A stretch of 61,475 nucleotides of DNA, the filler included. It is 6 parts of 6 records of this genome, joined end to end, with 100 filler letters (N's around TTAATTAATTAA, not from the genome) between each part and the next. Parts side by side here need not be neighbours in the genome. Positions count along the whole stretch, not along the records: positions 1 to 15,810 come from SRR31147125_2815; positions 15,911 to 22,939 come from SRR31147125_2829; 4 more parts are not named here. One strand, written 5' to 3'. This document shows positions 7,895 to 18,646 of the stretch, one piece after another. The position numbers and the translations under genes were made by a program. Below the pieces are notes generated by a model. It was not told where the DNA came from. It saw only the letters and a program-made list of their open reading frames with translations, and searched no databases. The number at the start of each line of letters is the position of its first letter. The first letter of the stretch is position 1.

Positions 7895-10783
7895 CTAATA
7901 ACTTGTTTGAAACCAGCGTTTTTCTGGCGGGGCATTGACATCAAGCCGGATAGTCACAATTTGAAACGGCCGCATGGGAACCTGCATACACGTTTGACCG
8001 GTCTTGTTAATTTGCCATGTCACCTCAGGTAATCCGTCCGCACCTTCTTCATTCATATTTACAGCTTTAACATCCTTTGCTTTTCTGAAAAAGTTCAATT
8101 TTGCGTTTTTTGTCTGTCCGGTTGTATTGTAGAATCGGACAATAATTGCATCACCCTTTTCCGCTTTTTTAAAGGCGCTCAGCAAAACACCCTCTGTCTC
8201 CACACTTAAAAAACTCTGCTGCCCGGGCATATCCCCTTCAGGATAAACATATGTCTGTGGAAAACCATACGGACCAATCATCCATTTGGCAACATCGTTA
8301 ATCGTTATGGTTTCCGGCCAGAGTCGTGTGGCAAAATTGAGACTCTGTTTATAAACTTTGGCCTCTTGCCAGTTGCCTTTATGCGGGAAGATGCTGAATG
8401 AAATACGTTGTACGCCCAGCAATTGACCGCTTTGGGAACTCTTTGCACTGGAGAATCGACTCTTTGGAATGGAAGGACGAATGTCCGCATTATTGTTTTG
8501 AGTCGCCCTAAACATAGGCAGCATTATTTTTGTACCAATTTTGGTTTTGCCGGTGGCATCATAGTCCGGATATACTGAAACAACAGGAGTGCCGCGATCC
8601 AGAATGGCCAGACCCTGCTTACCCTCAGATACATCACACCAGTCCAGATGAGGATAAATTTCGTGGCTCCAGGGACCTCCGGGAGGATTCTGGCGATCAT
8701 AAACAGGTGCTTTTTGCGCACCAAACTGAACACCCATTGTAAAAGAATCCACCTGAGCAGGTGTTGGAAATACGGCTCGTACCAAATGCAAAACAGAACT
8801 GTTTTCTATTTCAGTATAAACATCGACACGTTTTTTTCCTTTTGTGAGCGTAATATAACTTGTTACCGGCATCGGCACCATTTCACTGGAGCCGGGTGAA
8901 GACGGAATCATCCAGTTTTTCAACTGTACGCGAATTGTTTTATTGATTGGAGTGTCTTCAACAAGCTCAATATCTGCAGTTTGATTTATACTTGTGGTGA
9001 TCTCATCTGAGAAACGGCAGCCTAAAGCGCTGCTACCTGGAATTTGTTGATTTTCAAAGTAATATAAACCAGGATATTCCAGTCCAGTTTCCTTGTCCAA
9101 TAGATCGAAACATCCATTTTTGTGAAACGTCAATTTGACCAATTGGTTTTCAAGTACGCGGCTAGTTTCTAACGGAACAGTGGTTGGCTCTTCCTTTATG
9201 GCTTCGAGTAAAAAGGTCTTGTAACCCAATGCAGGGACATCGTTTGCAAGGAAGCGAATCCGGAACATCTCACCGCCGTGCCCATCGATATGAGCTGGAA
9301 TGTGATGCCCATCCAGATCTACCACCTTGTATGATTTATATTGCCCTTCTTTGAAAGGATCGTTCCATTTACCCCGGGCTGTTGTGGATAACCATGTTTC
9401 CACCACATCAGTACGCGGCCATGGCAGGCTATTAAAGACAACAAGTGGTTTTCGCAGAATATCGGATTTATCCGGTGTTTTTATTTTTTCAACCAACGTT
9501 TTCATACCCCGTATCGCCAACATCTCGGCAAGACGGTTGGCTTCAAAATTACGCGATTCATTGATCTGGTGCACAGGATCAATACTGTAGCCAGCCATCG
9601 AATCATGAGACAGATTTTCAAACAAGTATTTCCAGGAACGCTCCAACGACGTCGCAGGATAGCGTCTGCCAGCCACTAACCAAGCCAAAGCACTGAAAGG
9701 TTCCGCAAAACTTTCAAGAGTTGTGTAGGCCTTTGCATTTTGTCTTTTCAAATCCAGATGAGCCGATATACAACCCGTACAGGCATGCCCAAGCCGAAGA
9801 CCACCGGTATAGTCAGGGATTTGTGGATTTCGTGCCAGGACATCATTAATATATTCGTTAAAATTGGCTATGCGAAAATCCATTTTAGGAAATTCGCTTT
9901 TTAATCTTTTTAGCACATCCGGTAGATCAGCTCCGGGTTCTGTCGCATCCGAACCGGCTGGACATAACAATTGATCAGTTACGGCATAAGGAGTATAATA
10001 CGGCAAAGCGCGTAAAAGCAATGATTCGGGCAGTTCTGGTACATCAAAAAGCCAGGTAAACATAAGATAACCCGAAGGCCCCATTAGATTGGCCACATGA
10101 ACAGGTGAGCCATCTAAACCAGACCATTTGAAAACACTTTTGTAATAATCAGCACCTGCATCTGGCCCCCGATAAAGCGATGCGCTTTCTATTCCAAATC
10201 CCCGATAAATTTGAGGTGTTTGAGCACAATATCCAAAGTTATCTGCTGTATGGCCATGTTTCATGACGCCACCCGCATCCTGCGCTGTGCGCATTCCAAT
10301 CATCAGGTTACGAACAATTTCCTCCCCACTGCTGATCAACATATCGCCCTGTGTATACCAGGGGCCGAGAAGCAAGCGCCCACTTTGAGCCAGGGATTTT
10401 ACCCGGTCAGCCATTTCCGGGCGATCCGCTAAATAATCAGCGATCAAGGATGATTGGCCATCCAGCACAAAACATTTATAATCTGGGTTATTTTCCAGAA
10501 TATCAATAGTATTATCAACAAGCTTTATTAATCTCAGGTGGTGTTGCTCAAAACTAAAAGCCCATTCCTTATCCCAATGAGTGTGAGGAACAACATAACA
10601 ACTATAGCTGCTGTTGGCAAATTCCAGCAACTCTTTGTCCGATAACTTTTTCACATTATACAGATTGTGACTGTTCCACTGCCTCAGCTGCTCAATAGTT
10701 ACTTCCTTTGCGCTCACTGATGTAAAACCTATCAGAAAAATCAAAACAGCCAATACACTTTTTGAAACGAATTTGTATTGCAT
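7895..10783 (-). CDS. Secreted GH38 alpha-mannosidase-like glycoside hydrolase
   Basis: Signal peptide, VVPHTHWDKEW (Zn ligands), FVLDGQ, GPWYTQ, ADNFGY (nucleophile region), SHDSMAGYSIDPVH, LSAFKKAE, VRFYN. Confidence 0.9.
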   Translation of the reverse strand: MQYKFVSKSVLAVLIFLIGFTSVSAKEVTIEQLRQWNSHNLYNVKKLSDKELLEFANSSYSCYVVPHTHWDKEWAFSFEQHHLRLIKLVDNTIDILENNPDYKCFVLDGQSSLIADYLADRPEMADRVKSLAQSGRLLLGPWYTQGDMLISSGEEIVRNLMIGMRTAQDAGGVMKHGHTADNFGYCAQTPQIYRGFGIESASLYRGPDAGADYYKSVFKWSGLDGSPVHVANLMGPSGYLMFTWLFDVPELPESLLLRALPYYTPYAVTDQLLCPAGSDATEPGADLPDVLKRLKSEFPKMDFRIANFNEYINDVLARNPQIPDYTGGLRLGHACTGCISAHLDLKRQNAKAYTTLESFAEPFSALAWLVAGRRYPATSLERSWKYLFENLSHDSMAGYSIDPVHQINESRNFEANRLAEMLAIRGMKTLVEKIKTPDKSDILRKPLVVFNSLPWPRTDVVETWLSTTARGKWNDPFKEGQYKSYKVVDLDGHHIPAHIDGHGGEMFRIRFLANDVPALGYKTFLLEAIKEEPTTVPLETSRVLENQLVKLTFHKNGCFDLLDKETGLEYPGLYYFENQQIPGSSALGCRFSDEITTSINQTADIELVEDTPINKTIRVQLKNWMIPSSPGSSEMVPMPVTSYITLTKGKKRVDVYTEIENSSVLHLVRAVFPTPAQVDSFTMGVQFGAQKAPVYDRQNPPGGPWSHEIYPHLDWCDVSEGKQGLAILDRGTPVVSVYPDYDATGKTKIGTKIMLPMFRATQNNNADIRPSIPKSRFSSAKSSQSGQLLGVQRISFSIFPHKGNWQEAKVYKQSLNFATRLWPETITINDVAKWMIGPYGFPQTYVYPEGDMPGQQSFLSVETEGVLLSAFKKAEKGDAIIVRFYNTTGQTKNAKLNFFRKAKDVKAVNMNEEGADGLPEVTWQINKTGQTCMQVPMRPFQIVTIRLDVNAPPEKRWFQTSY

Positions 10784-11382
10784 ACGTACCCCTTTTTGTT
10801 GATTGAATTTGATAGATATATGTGAATTAATTTAACTTTTTTTGCGGCGTTTCGATCGTAGAACAGCACCAAACGTTAAAATAAACATGAAAAGCACAAT
10901 GGAACAGTATAGCTAAACCGTATTATACAAATTGATTTACTAAATTTAAAGAACATTTTTATTTTTTTCTTAAATAAAACCGTCGGTGATACAAAACAAT
11001 AACCCTTTCCAGCATTTTTCCCGGCAACCACCATTTTAACCAAAACTGAAATCACTTTAAAACATCAGAAAAACAAAAAAGCTGATCACTCACTCATGAT
11101 TTTTCTTGAATAAACATTTTTATTTTGTATCTTTTTAAAATAAGAAAAAGGTTTTAATAAAAACCAGGAGAGCTCCTCATGAAATTCGTTACCAGGCACA
11201 ATAATTTGATTTGAAAAATACCGTAATTATGTCTGATTTGATATAAGATTATTCCCAACGAGACAGAACCTAAATTATCCACTTTATTTGGCACTATCTA
11301 AAAAAATGCATCATTCTCCAAGTAATTCCCAACAAATAAATTCAGTAAAATAACCAGGAATTGATTATCCAGAGGTTTTGCT

Positions 11383-12453
11383 ATGAAACAGTTATTTTTT
11401 CTTATTTGCCTGATTTTTATTTCCTGTTCTGCTCCTGACAGATACTATTCAATCAAAGATTTTAGCCGTGTTGAAAAAATCGATGCCCATGTCCACATCC
11501 GTACAGATCGGGATGCTTTTATCGAGCAGGCCCAAAAAGACAATTTCAAAATCATAACTATCAACACGGATTCACGCGGAAGCTTTGATAGTATCAAAGA
11601 ACAGTTCGATTATGCTGTCTTACAAGCGCAAAAGCATCCGGATGTCATCTCTTTTATAGCTACGTTTAGCATGAATGGTTGGGATGAACCGGATTGGTCA
11701 AATCATTCAATGGAATGGCTGCAATCCTGTATAGATGCCGGCGCTATCGCTGTCAAAGTCTGGAAAAATATTGGCATGGTCTATCGGGATAAAGCCGGCG
11801 AGTTGGTGATGGTTGATGATCCGGGATTCGATCCTATTTTTAATACTCTCGCAAAGGATCACATTCCTGTTACCGGTCATCTTGGTGAACCTAAAAATTG
11901 TTGGCTACCATTAGAAAAGATGACAACAACAAATGATAAAAGTTATTTTAGTAACCATCCGCAATATCATATGTACAAACAGCCACAAATGCCTTCGTAT
12001 GAAGAACAAATTGCGGCGCGTGACAGAATGCTTGAAAAAAATCCGGACCTGATATTTGTGGGTTGTCACCTTGGCAGCCTGGAATGGGACGTGGATGAAC
12101 TGGCACAACGCCTGGACAAGTTCCCCAACATGGCTGTGGATATGGCAGCACGAATGGGACAGCTATTTTACCAAACACGGGAAAACAGAGCCAAGGTGAG
12201 AAACTTTTTCATAAAATATCAGGATCGATTGCTATATGGAACAGATATGGCCGATAGTGGCAAAAGGGATCAAACTAAAATGAAAACAACTATGCATGAA
12301 ATTTGGCTCAGAGACTGGACCTATTTTACGATGGATAGCACCTTGACCAGTGAACTCATTGAAGGCGAATTCCAGGGGCTTAAATTGCCCCAAAATGTCA
12401 TTAATAAAATCTATCGGGAAAATGCGAAACGCTGGTATAATATTTTTAACTGA
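11383..12453 (+). CDS. Amidohydrolase-2 family metallo-hydrolase lipoprotein
   Basis: Lipobox FISC, KIDAHVH, AVKVWKNIG, GHLGEP, FVGCHLGS, RLLYGTD, KIYRENA. Confidence 0.85.
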   Translation: MKQLFFLICLIFISCSAPDRYYSIKDFSRVEKIDAHVHIRTDRDAFIEQAQKDNFKIITINTDSRGSFDSIKEQFDYAVLQAQKHPDVISFIATFSMNGWDEPDWSNHSMEWLQSCIDAGAIAVKVWKNIGMVYRDKAGELVMVDDPGFDPIFNTLAKDHIPVTGHLGEPKNCWLPLEKMTTTNDKSYFSNHPQYHMYKQPQMPSYEEQIAARDRMLEKNPDLIFVGCHLGSLEWDVDELAQRLDKFPNMAVDMAARMGQLFYQTRENRAKVRNFFIKYQDRLLYGTDMADSGKRDQTKMKTTMHEIWLRDWTYFTMDSTLTSELIEGEFQGLKLPQNVINKIYRENAKRWYNIFN

Positions 12454-12518
12454 AAATTTTCATATCAAGCTGTTTGATATCAGCCAACTCTTTCACAAAC
12501 CTCCTGCAGGAGAATAAA

Positions 12519-13748
12519 ATGCGTCAATTATATTCATTATTTGTGATCCTTATCCTGATTGGCGTTTCGTGTTCAAATCTGACAAATCAGGACCAGGCAG
12601 TCTGGGACATTAGTGTCAAAAAAGTCAAAATAACACCTGAAACACCGCAGTGGATCGCAGGATACGACAGGGATACAAAAAGTGTTGGCATTCATGATGA
12701 TATATGGGCCAAAGTTATGGCCATCAGTAATGGGCAGGACACTGTTATTATAGTTTCAACAGATTTAATCGGACTTTTTAAAGATGATGTTGATGATATA
12801 CGTAAACGAATCAATAGTAAATACAAAACGCTTGATAATATTATTATCACCTGCACCCATAACCACAATGGACCTGACGTTATGGGGCTTTGGAATGCGG
12901 ATAAAACAAAATCCGGTGTCGACCTGGAATATCTGGAATTCGTAAAAGAAAAAATATCCAGCACTATACTGTCAGCAGTCACATCCTTTAGCAAAGCGCA
13001 CCTGTATTTAGCAACAACAGAGGTGCACGGCATTTCATATAACGGACGAGACAAAGACATAAATGACAATAGTGTGGTGATTTTGCAGGCCACATCCCTG
13101 GATGGGCACACACTCGGCACACTGGTAAATTTTGCCTGTCACCCTGAGGTGTTAACCAGTGAAAACAAGCTTATTACGAGCGATTATGCCCATTACATGT
13201 ACCAAACGCTGGAAAACGAATCAGGTGGCGTATCACTTCTCATTAATGGCGCTCTTGGCGGCATGTTGACTCCGCTCGTCAAAGAACATTCCTATGAAGA
13301 AGCCGAACGTTGTGGTAACACCCTGGGGGATGCTGTGTTGTTGGCCTTAAAAAATGCAGATCCTGTTAAATCCAGCGAAATGTTAACGCTCTATAAAACA
13401 GTTGAACTGAAATTGGAAAATGACACTTTTAAATGGCTTTACGATAACAGTATCATTCATCGTGTTTTCAACGGCAACCTTGTTCAAACAGAAACAAGTG
13501 TGTTAAAAATGGGTGAACTCCTTGTTGCGATGATACCGGGAGAAGCCTTACCCAAAATAGGTCTAAACATAAAAGAAAAAATGGCATCTCCTCATAAAAT
13601 GATATTTGGTCTGGCCAATGATGAACTTGGCTATTTAATACCCGGAGAAGACTGGCAGCCAGACGCTTATGAAGAATCAATGAGTATCGGTAGAACAGCC
13701 GGAGATGTTATTCAAAATGAGCTGATATGGTTGTTAGAAAAATTGTAA
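12519..13748 (+). CDS. Neutral/alkaline ceramidase-like N-terminal-domain lipoprotein
   Basis: AGGAG RBS and ATG at 12519; KITP, GIHDDIWAK, ITCTHNHNGP, VNFACHPE, IPGE, GLANDELGYLIP, YEE. Confidence 0.75.
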   Translation: MRQLYSLFVILILIGVSCSNLTNQDQAVWDISVKKVKITPETPQWIAGYDRDTKSVGIHDDIWAKVMAISNGQDTVIIVSTDLIGLFKDDVDDIRKRINSKYKTLDNIIITCTHNHNGPDVMGLWNADKTKSGVDLEYLEFVKEKISSTILSAVTSFSKAHLYLATTEVHGISYNGRDKDINDNSVVILQATSLDGHTLGTLVNFACHPEVLTSENKLITSDYAHYMYQTLENESGGVSLLINGALGGMLTPLVKEHSYEEAERCGNTLGDAVLLALKNADPVKSSEMLTLYKTVELKLENDTFKWLYDNSIIHRVFNGNLVQTETSVLKMGELLVAMIPGEALPKIGLNIKEKMASPHKMIFGLANDELGYLIPGEDWQPDAYEESMSIGRTAGDVIQNELIWLLEKL

Positions 13749-14002
13749 TCTTTTGTTCATGTTCAATATTATCAGATATTTTTAAAATTGGCTTTGACAT
13801 ATTCTATCCATTTTTTTAAATACGAAAAAAATATGATAAAACCCGGGAACAACTCTGAAAATTATTAAAACGCATAAAAAAAGAGTCATTCCTAAAAAAT
13901 AATTTAATATATTATTCTTCACGAAATCCTATTTTTTTAATTCAGCATAAATATCACAAAACCTAATAGTCATATTTTTAACATATTTATCAAGGAGGCA
14001 CT

Positions 14003-15148
14003 ATGTTCACCACCAAAACAGCCATTATTGGAGCCGGATTTATGGGCCCCGTACATACAGAAGCCTTACGCCGGGTTGGTGTAGAGGTTGTTGGCATTCT
14101 CGGAGTAGATAATGATGAATCAACCCGCGCAGCCAAAAACCTGGGCATCCCAAAAGCCTATACGAGTTTAGATGAAGTGCTGGCTGACAAAAATGTAGAC
14201 GCGGTTCATATCACCACACCAAACAATCTGCACTTTCCAATGGCCAGGGCTGCTTTAAAAGCCGGCAAACACGTCATGTGTGAAAAACCATTAGCCATGA
14301 CCACGAAAGAAACAGCAGAGCTGGTCGAATTGGCTAAAGAAACAGGGCTGGCAGCTGGTGTAAATTATAATCTACGGTTTTATCCACTTTGCCTGCAGGC
14401 AAAAGAGATGGTAAAAGCCGGTGAGGTTGGAGACGTTTTCTCCATCGTCGGTAGTTACGTTCAGGATTGGCTTCTCTTCTCTAATGACTATAACTGGCGT
14501 GTACTGGCCGAAGAAGGAGGTGCTGTCCGTGCTGTTGGTGATATTGGCACACACTGGCTTGACATGGTACAGACCATCACAGGCACCAAAGTGGTTGAAG
14601 TATTAGCGGATTTAAAAATTGTACACCCGATTCGCCAACGACCCAAAGGTGAAGTAGAGACTTTTTCCGGTAAAGTCAATCAGGTTCAGGCCACTGAAGA
14701 CATTTCTATAGATACAGAAGACTGTGGTGGCATGATGTTACGTTTTGACAATGGCGCCAAAGGATGTCTATGGGTATCACAAATGACTGCCGGACGTAAA
14801 AACTGTTTGCGTTATGAAATCTCCGGCTCGAAAAAAGCTCTTTACTGGGACAGCGAGTCTCCCAATGAAATCTGGATCGGATACAGAGACAAGGCTAACG
14901 AACGATTGCTCAAAGATCCCGGTCTTGCTTCGGACAATGTACGCGGTTATATTGGTTATCCCGGCGGACACAATGAAGGTTATCCGGACAGCTTTAAACA
15001 ATGCTTCAATGCATTTTACAGCTATATTGCCAATGGCGATAAAACAGCGGATCCAAAATTCGCAACCTTTGCCGAAGGACATCACGAAGTTGCGTTGTGT
15101 GAAGCCATTTTTAAAAGTCATCAGGAAGGAAAATGGGTGACTGTCTAA
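14003..15148 (+). CDS. Gfo/Idh/MocA family oxidoreductase
   Basis: [53 protein letters not shown]. Confidence 0.92.
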   Translation: MFTTKTAIIGAGFMGPVHTEALRRVGVEVVGILGVDNDESTRAAKNLGIPKAYTSLDEVLADKNVDAVHITTPNNLHFPMARAALKAGKHVMCEKPLAMTTKETAELVELAKETGLAAGVNYNLRFYPLCLQAKEMVKAGEVGDVFSIVGSYVQDWLLFSNDYNWRVLAEEGGAVRAVGDIGTHWLDMVQTITGTKVVEVLADLKIVHPIRQRPKGEVETFSGKVNQVQATEDISIDTEDCGGMMLRFDNGAKGCLWVSQMTAGRKNCLRYEISGSKKALYWDSESPNEIWIGYRDKANERLLKDPGLASDNVRGYIGYPGGHNEGYPDSFKQCFNAFYSYIANGDKTADPKFATFAEGHHEVALCEAIFKSHQEGKWVTV

Positions 15149-15165
15149 TCTTCCTTTTAAAAGTA

Positions 15166-15197
15166 CTCCGTCTCAGGCTTTTATTCCCGGGACGGAG
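15166..15197 (+). terminator. Intergenic hairpin
   Basis: CTCCGTC/GACGGAG stem with extended pairing; no clear U tract. Confidence 0.4.
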
Positions 15198-15245
15198 ATA
15201 ACTAACAAAATAACAGTTAAAACAAAAAACATACAGGGACCATAA

Positions 15246-15810
15246 ATGAATGTCACCAGAAGAAACTTTCTAAGGACAATTGGCTTCGGATCTGCTATGT
15301 TGAGTTTAACAAAAGCGGTCGGGGCTGGAAACGCCATTCCGTCAAGACCGAATATCGTGTTTATACTAGCGGATGATTTAGGCTATGGAGATCTGGGTTG
15401 TTATGGTCAGAAAGAAATTAAAACGCCTAGTATCGATCGAATGGCAAAAGAAGGAACCCGTTTTACACAGGCTTACGCTGGTAGTACAGTTTGCGCACCA
15501 TCACGCTGTTGTCTTATGACAGGCAAACACAATGGTCATGCACGTGTTCGTGACAATATCCCACATGGCATTTTTCTGCAGCCGGATGATTTCACAATAG
15601 CAGAAATGTTAAAGCAGGCTGGTTATGCCACATGCGCCATTGGAAAATGGAGTCTGGGCAATCCTGGTTCATGGGGTGTTGCCAATTATCAGGGATTTGA
15701 TGAGTTTTATGGCCATCTGAATCAGGATCAGGCACACTTTTATTACCCGGATTATCTCTGGCACAATAACAAGGTAGAACTTTTATTTGGCAACCGGGGA
15801 AGCAAAAAAA
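15246..15810 (+). CDS. Tat-exported arylsulfatase-family sulfatase (3' truncated)
   Basis: TRRNFL Tat motif, RPNIVFILADDLGYGD, CAPSRCCLMTG (CxPxR), GKW. Confidence 0.93.
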
Positions 15811-15910
15811 NNNNNNNNNNNNNNNNNNNNNNNNNNNNNNNNNNNNNNNNNNNNTTAATTAATTAANNNNNNNNNNNNNNNNNNNNNNNNNNNNNNNNNN
15901 NNNNNNNNNN
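15811..15910. other. Artificial contig linker
   Basis: N runs around TTAATTAATTAA (stops in all six frames). Confidence 0.98.
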
Positions 15911-15912
15911 GC

Positions 15913-16269
15913 TTATTCCTTACAGGACTCATTCCTTCGCTTATTATCATCGCCTTTGGTCCACAGATTTTTAGCTTTGTCTTTGGTCAAACCTGGTATC
16001 ACGCAGGTTACTATGCCCGTTATCTCATGCCCTGGCTCTTTTTGGCTTTTATCAATCCCCCGGCAATTATGATGATACCTGTTCTTAACCTGCAAAAGAA
16101 ACACATGTTGTATGAAATGCTGTTTTTCATCTGCCGGATAATGACCATGATCCTCCTGGCCCGCTTTTTCAGTGATGTAACAGCTATTGCCGGTTATGCA
16201 GCGATCGGGGTGTTGTTTAATGGGGGTTGGTGCTATACATATTACGTAGCACATCAGATAATAAAATGA
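15913..16269 (+). CDS. Polysaccharide flippase (Wzx-like), C-terminal fragment
   Basis: Frame is open from the contig start: LFLTGLIPSLIIIAFGPQIFSFVFGQTWYHAGYYARYLMPW, with the FG..W..AG motif typical of PST flippases. Confidence 0.7.
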   Translation, partial: LFLTGLIPSLIIIAFGPQIFSFVFGQTWYHAGYYARYLMPWLFLAFINPPAIMMIPVLNLQKKHMLYEMLFFICRIMTMILLARFFSDVTAIAGYAAIGVLFNGGWCYTYYVAHQIIK

Positions 16270-16362
16270 CTATACAAAAGGATAGACCAATTCGTATTCA
16301 TATAGCAACCTGGATTTTTTTAAAAAAGATAATTAAGAGAATTTTAAAAATAAAAAATTAAC

Positions 16363-17239
16363 GTGAATTAGGACATCATAGAACAAGTAAAAAAACTTAC
16401 CATTATTGCCATGGTATCTGATGACGAGCTGATGGAACGATTAGTATTTAAAGGAGGCAATGCTATAGAATTTATTTATCAAACACTTTTTCGTGCATCC
16501 TGGGATTTGGATTTTTCCATTGAAACTAAATTTAAACACAACGAGTTGAATTTTATAAAAGAAAAAATCAAATCGGTATTAAGAGAAATATTTGAAACAG
16601 CAGGATATGTGGTCTTTGATGTGAAATTTATTGAAAAACCACACAAAATCAGACCCGATTTAGCTGACTTTTGGGGAGGCTATAAAGTTGAATTTAAAAT
16701 TATTGAAACAAGTAAATATTTTCAATTTAACAAAATAGAATCTCTACGTCGTAATGCCTCTGTTGTTGGAGCATACAATAGAAGAACATTTGGTATTGAT
16801 ATCAGCAAATTTGAATATTGCGAACAAAAGTGTGAAAAAGAATTTGAGGGGTATAGAATTTATGTTTATTCACCGGAGATGATTATAATAGAAAAACTTA
16901 GAGCTATCTGCCAACAAATGCCCGAATATGCTAACACAATAAAGAGTGCTTTTCAATCAGCAAGAGCAAGAGATTTCTGATATTTATCACCTGATTGAAA
17001 AATTCCAACCAAATTTTGAGTCGAAGAAAAACCAGATGCTTTTAAAAAAGATATTTGCTGCTAAAAAAGTTCCACTACAATACTTAGAAAAGATTAAGAA
17101 TTATAGAGATTATCACAAGGCGGATTTTTCATCTGTGAAAAATACTGTTAAGCCAAATATTATTTTAAGGGATTTTGATTTTTATTTTAATTATGTTGTC
17201 GATAAATGTGAACAATTAAAATCCCTTTGGAAAGAATAA
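16363..17239 (+). pseudogene. AbiEii/AbiGii-family nucleotidyltransferase toxin, disrupted
   Basis: LVFKGGNA, RASWDLDFS, IDIS..E, EKLRAI, RARDF, then DIYHL in another frame (frameshift at about 16978). In-frame TAG at 16369-16371 follows GTG 16363. Confidence 0.8.
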
Positions 17240-18097
17240 TCGCCAATTTTTGGAGTAATCCATATCACCCATTTTATGCACAAGATAGAAATCGTAATTT
17301 CTCTCAATTTTCCTTAAAATATCAACTTGCGCATCTTTATAGCCGGCTTTTTCCAGATAGAATCCGACAGCCTGATGATAAGGATAAACAAAATTTATAC
17401 GTTTTAACATGGCAGCCATTTTATTAACAGAAATCCTTCCTCTTGCCATTCTGTAAGCTTTTAAAACCTCAAACACACCTCCTGAATAAACTGGCCTTAC
17501 AGTAACATCTAATAGGGTTCTCTCTAAATTGGTTACACTTATTGTTTCACCATTTCCCCCCTCCATTTCAATAACGCCAAGATTATTTGTGTGTTTGCCA
17601 TTAAGTAATAAAATGGTATAATCTTTATAAACAGCTTTATATTTCGATGTCCGTACATTTTGTCTAAATGCAAAATCAATTCGCTCTTGCTGCAATAGTG
17701 TGCCATTTGTCGGTTTGGGATTTTGTTCTGAGTTCAGGTAAATAACTTTAGGAATTTGTTCGGTCAAATTATTCAGATAAATCGCTGTGTAATGTGAGAA
17801 ATAGGTATTTTTTTTTAAGGTTAAAAGCAATTCATAAATCGAGACTGCACTTTTGCTATATCGAATCTCTCTTCTGTTTGGAAATAGGAATTCGTGTTTT
17901 TGAAGAATTTTTTCTTTCAGCAAAAAAGCGATAAAGGAATTTACTGTTGTTGTCGCTGTTAATCTCCAGAAAGTACTGTTCTGTTTTAAAAGTCTGGCCA
18001 AGTCTGATTTTCTCAGTATTTCCGAATTAGAATTTTCTATAACTTTTAAAATATCAGGGCTGGCTATTCTTAGTCTTGTTAAATTCACATGAACCAC
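17216..18097 (-). CDS. AbiEi-like type IV antitoxin / transcriptional regulator
   Basis: YFSHYTAIYLNNLTEQIPKVIYLN and VTNLERTLLDVTVRPVYSGGVFEV are AbiEi C-domain-like; overlaps the toxin 3' end. Confidence 0.75.
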   Translation of the reverse strand: MVHVNLTRLRIASPDILKVIENSNSEILRKSDLARLLKQNSTFWRLTATTTVNSFIAFLLKEKILQKHEFLFPNRREIRYSKSAVSIYELLLTLKKNTYFSHYTAIYLNNLTEQIPKVIYLNSEQNPKPTNGTLLQQERIDFAFRQNVRTSKYKAVYKDYTILLLNGKHTNNLGVIEMEGGNGETISVTNLERTLLDVTVRPVYSGGVFEVLKAYRMARGRISVNKMAAMLKRINFVYPYHQAVGFYLEKAGYKDAQVDILRKIERNYDFYLVHKMGDMDYSKNWRLFFPKGF

Positions 18098-18114
18098 CTG
18101 TCATAATAGCTATT

Positions 18115-18233
18115 TTGTATATACAACACAAATCAAATAAAAACGTGCATATTTCTTCTTTTAACTCTAAAAGATATAACAAGTAACATTGAAAAATAGA
18201 TGCTATTTTATGTTGTATATATACAGCATAAAA
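18115..18233. promoter_or_regulatory. Palindromic operator-like sites upstream of the AbiEi-like gene
   Basis: TTGTATATACAA (18115-18126, perfect) and TTTTATGTTGTATA/TATACAGCATAAAA (18206-18233, 1 mismatch). Confidence 0.6.
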
Positions 18234-18506
18234 CTTTAATCATTTATTCCATTAGATTGCAAAGACAATTATTAAATACAAAATTGTGAATGTTGGAGTA
18301 AAATGAGTTTTGTAATAATATTTTTCTGCCACTTGCACTTGTCATAAATGTATTTCTATGGATTATTTTTTAGGTATTCTTATTCATCAATCTCATGTGC
18401 GGTAATAATTGTTCATAAATAATTTTATAATTTCATTCAAACATATTATCAAATTCACTTTTTTTCATTAACCATGCACCACGTTTATTAGGAAAACTTC
18501 TCATCC

Positions 18507-18532
18507 AAGGGGCATGTGGGGGAATGCCCCTT
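18507..18532. repeat. REP-like hairpin repeat, copy 1
   Basis: AAGGGGCATGTGGGGGAATGCCCCTT with 9-bp stem AAGGGGCAT/ATGCCCCTT; second copy at 20512. Confidence 0.7.
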
Positions 18533-18646
18533 ATAATCTGCCTAACCAGCGACATCTACGGTTCAGACAATTTTATCTGCGCTATCGGCATTTTCAATGG
18601 CCCATGAGTTTTGCGACACTTTCACCTGACCAATCCTGCAAAATTT

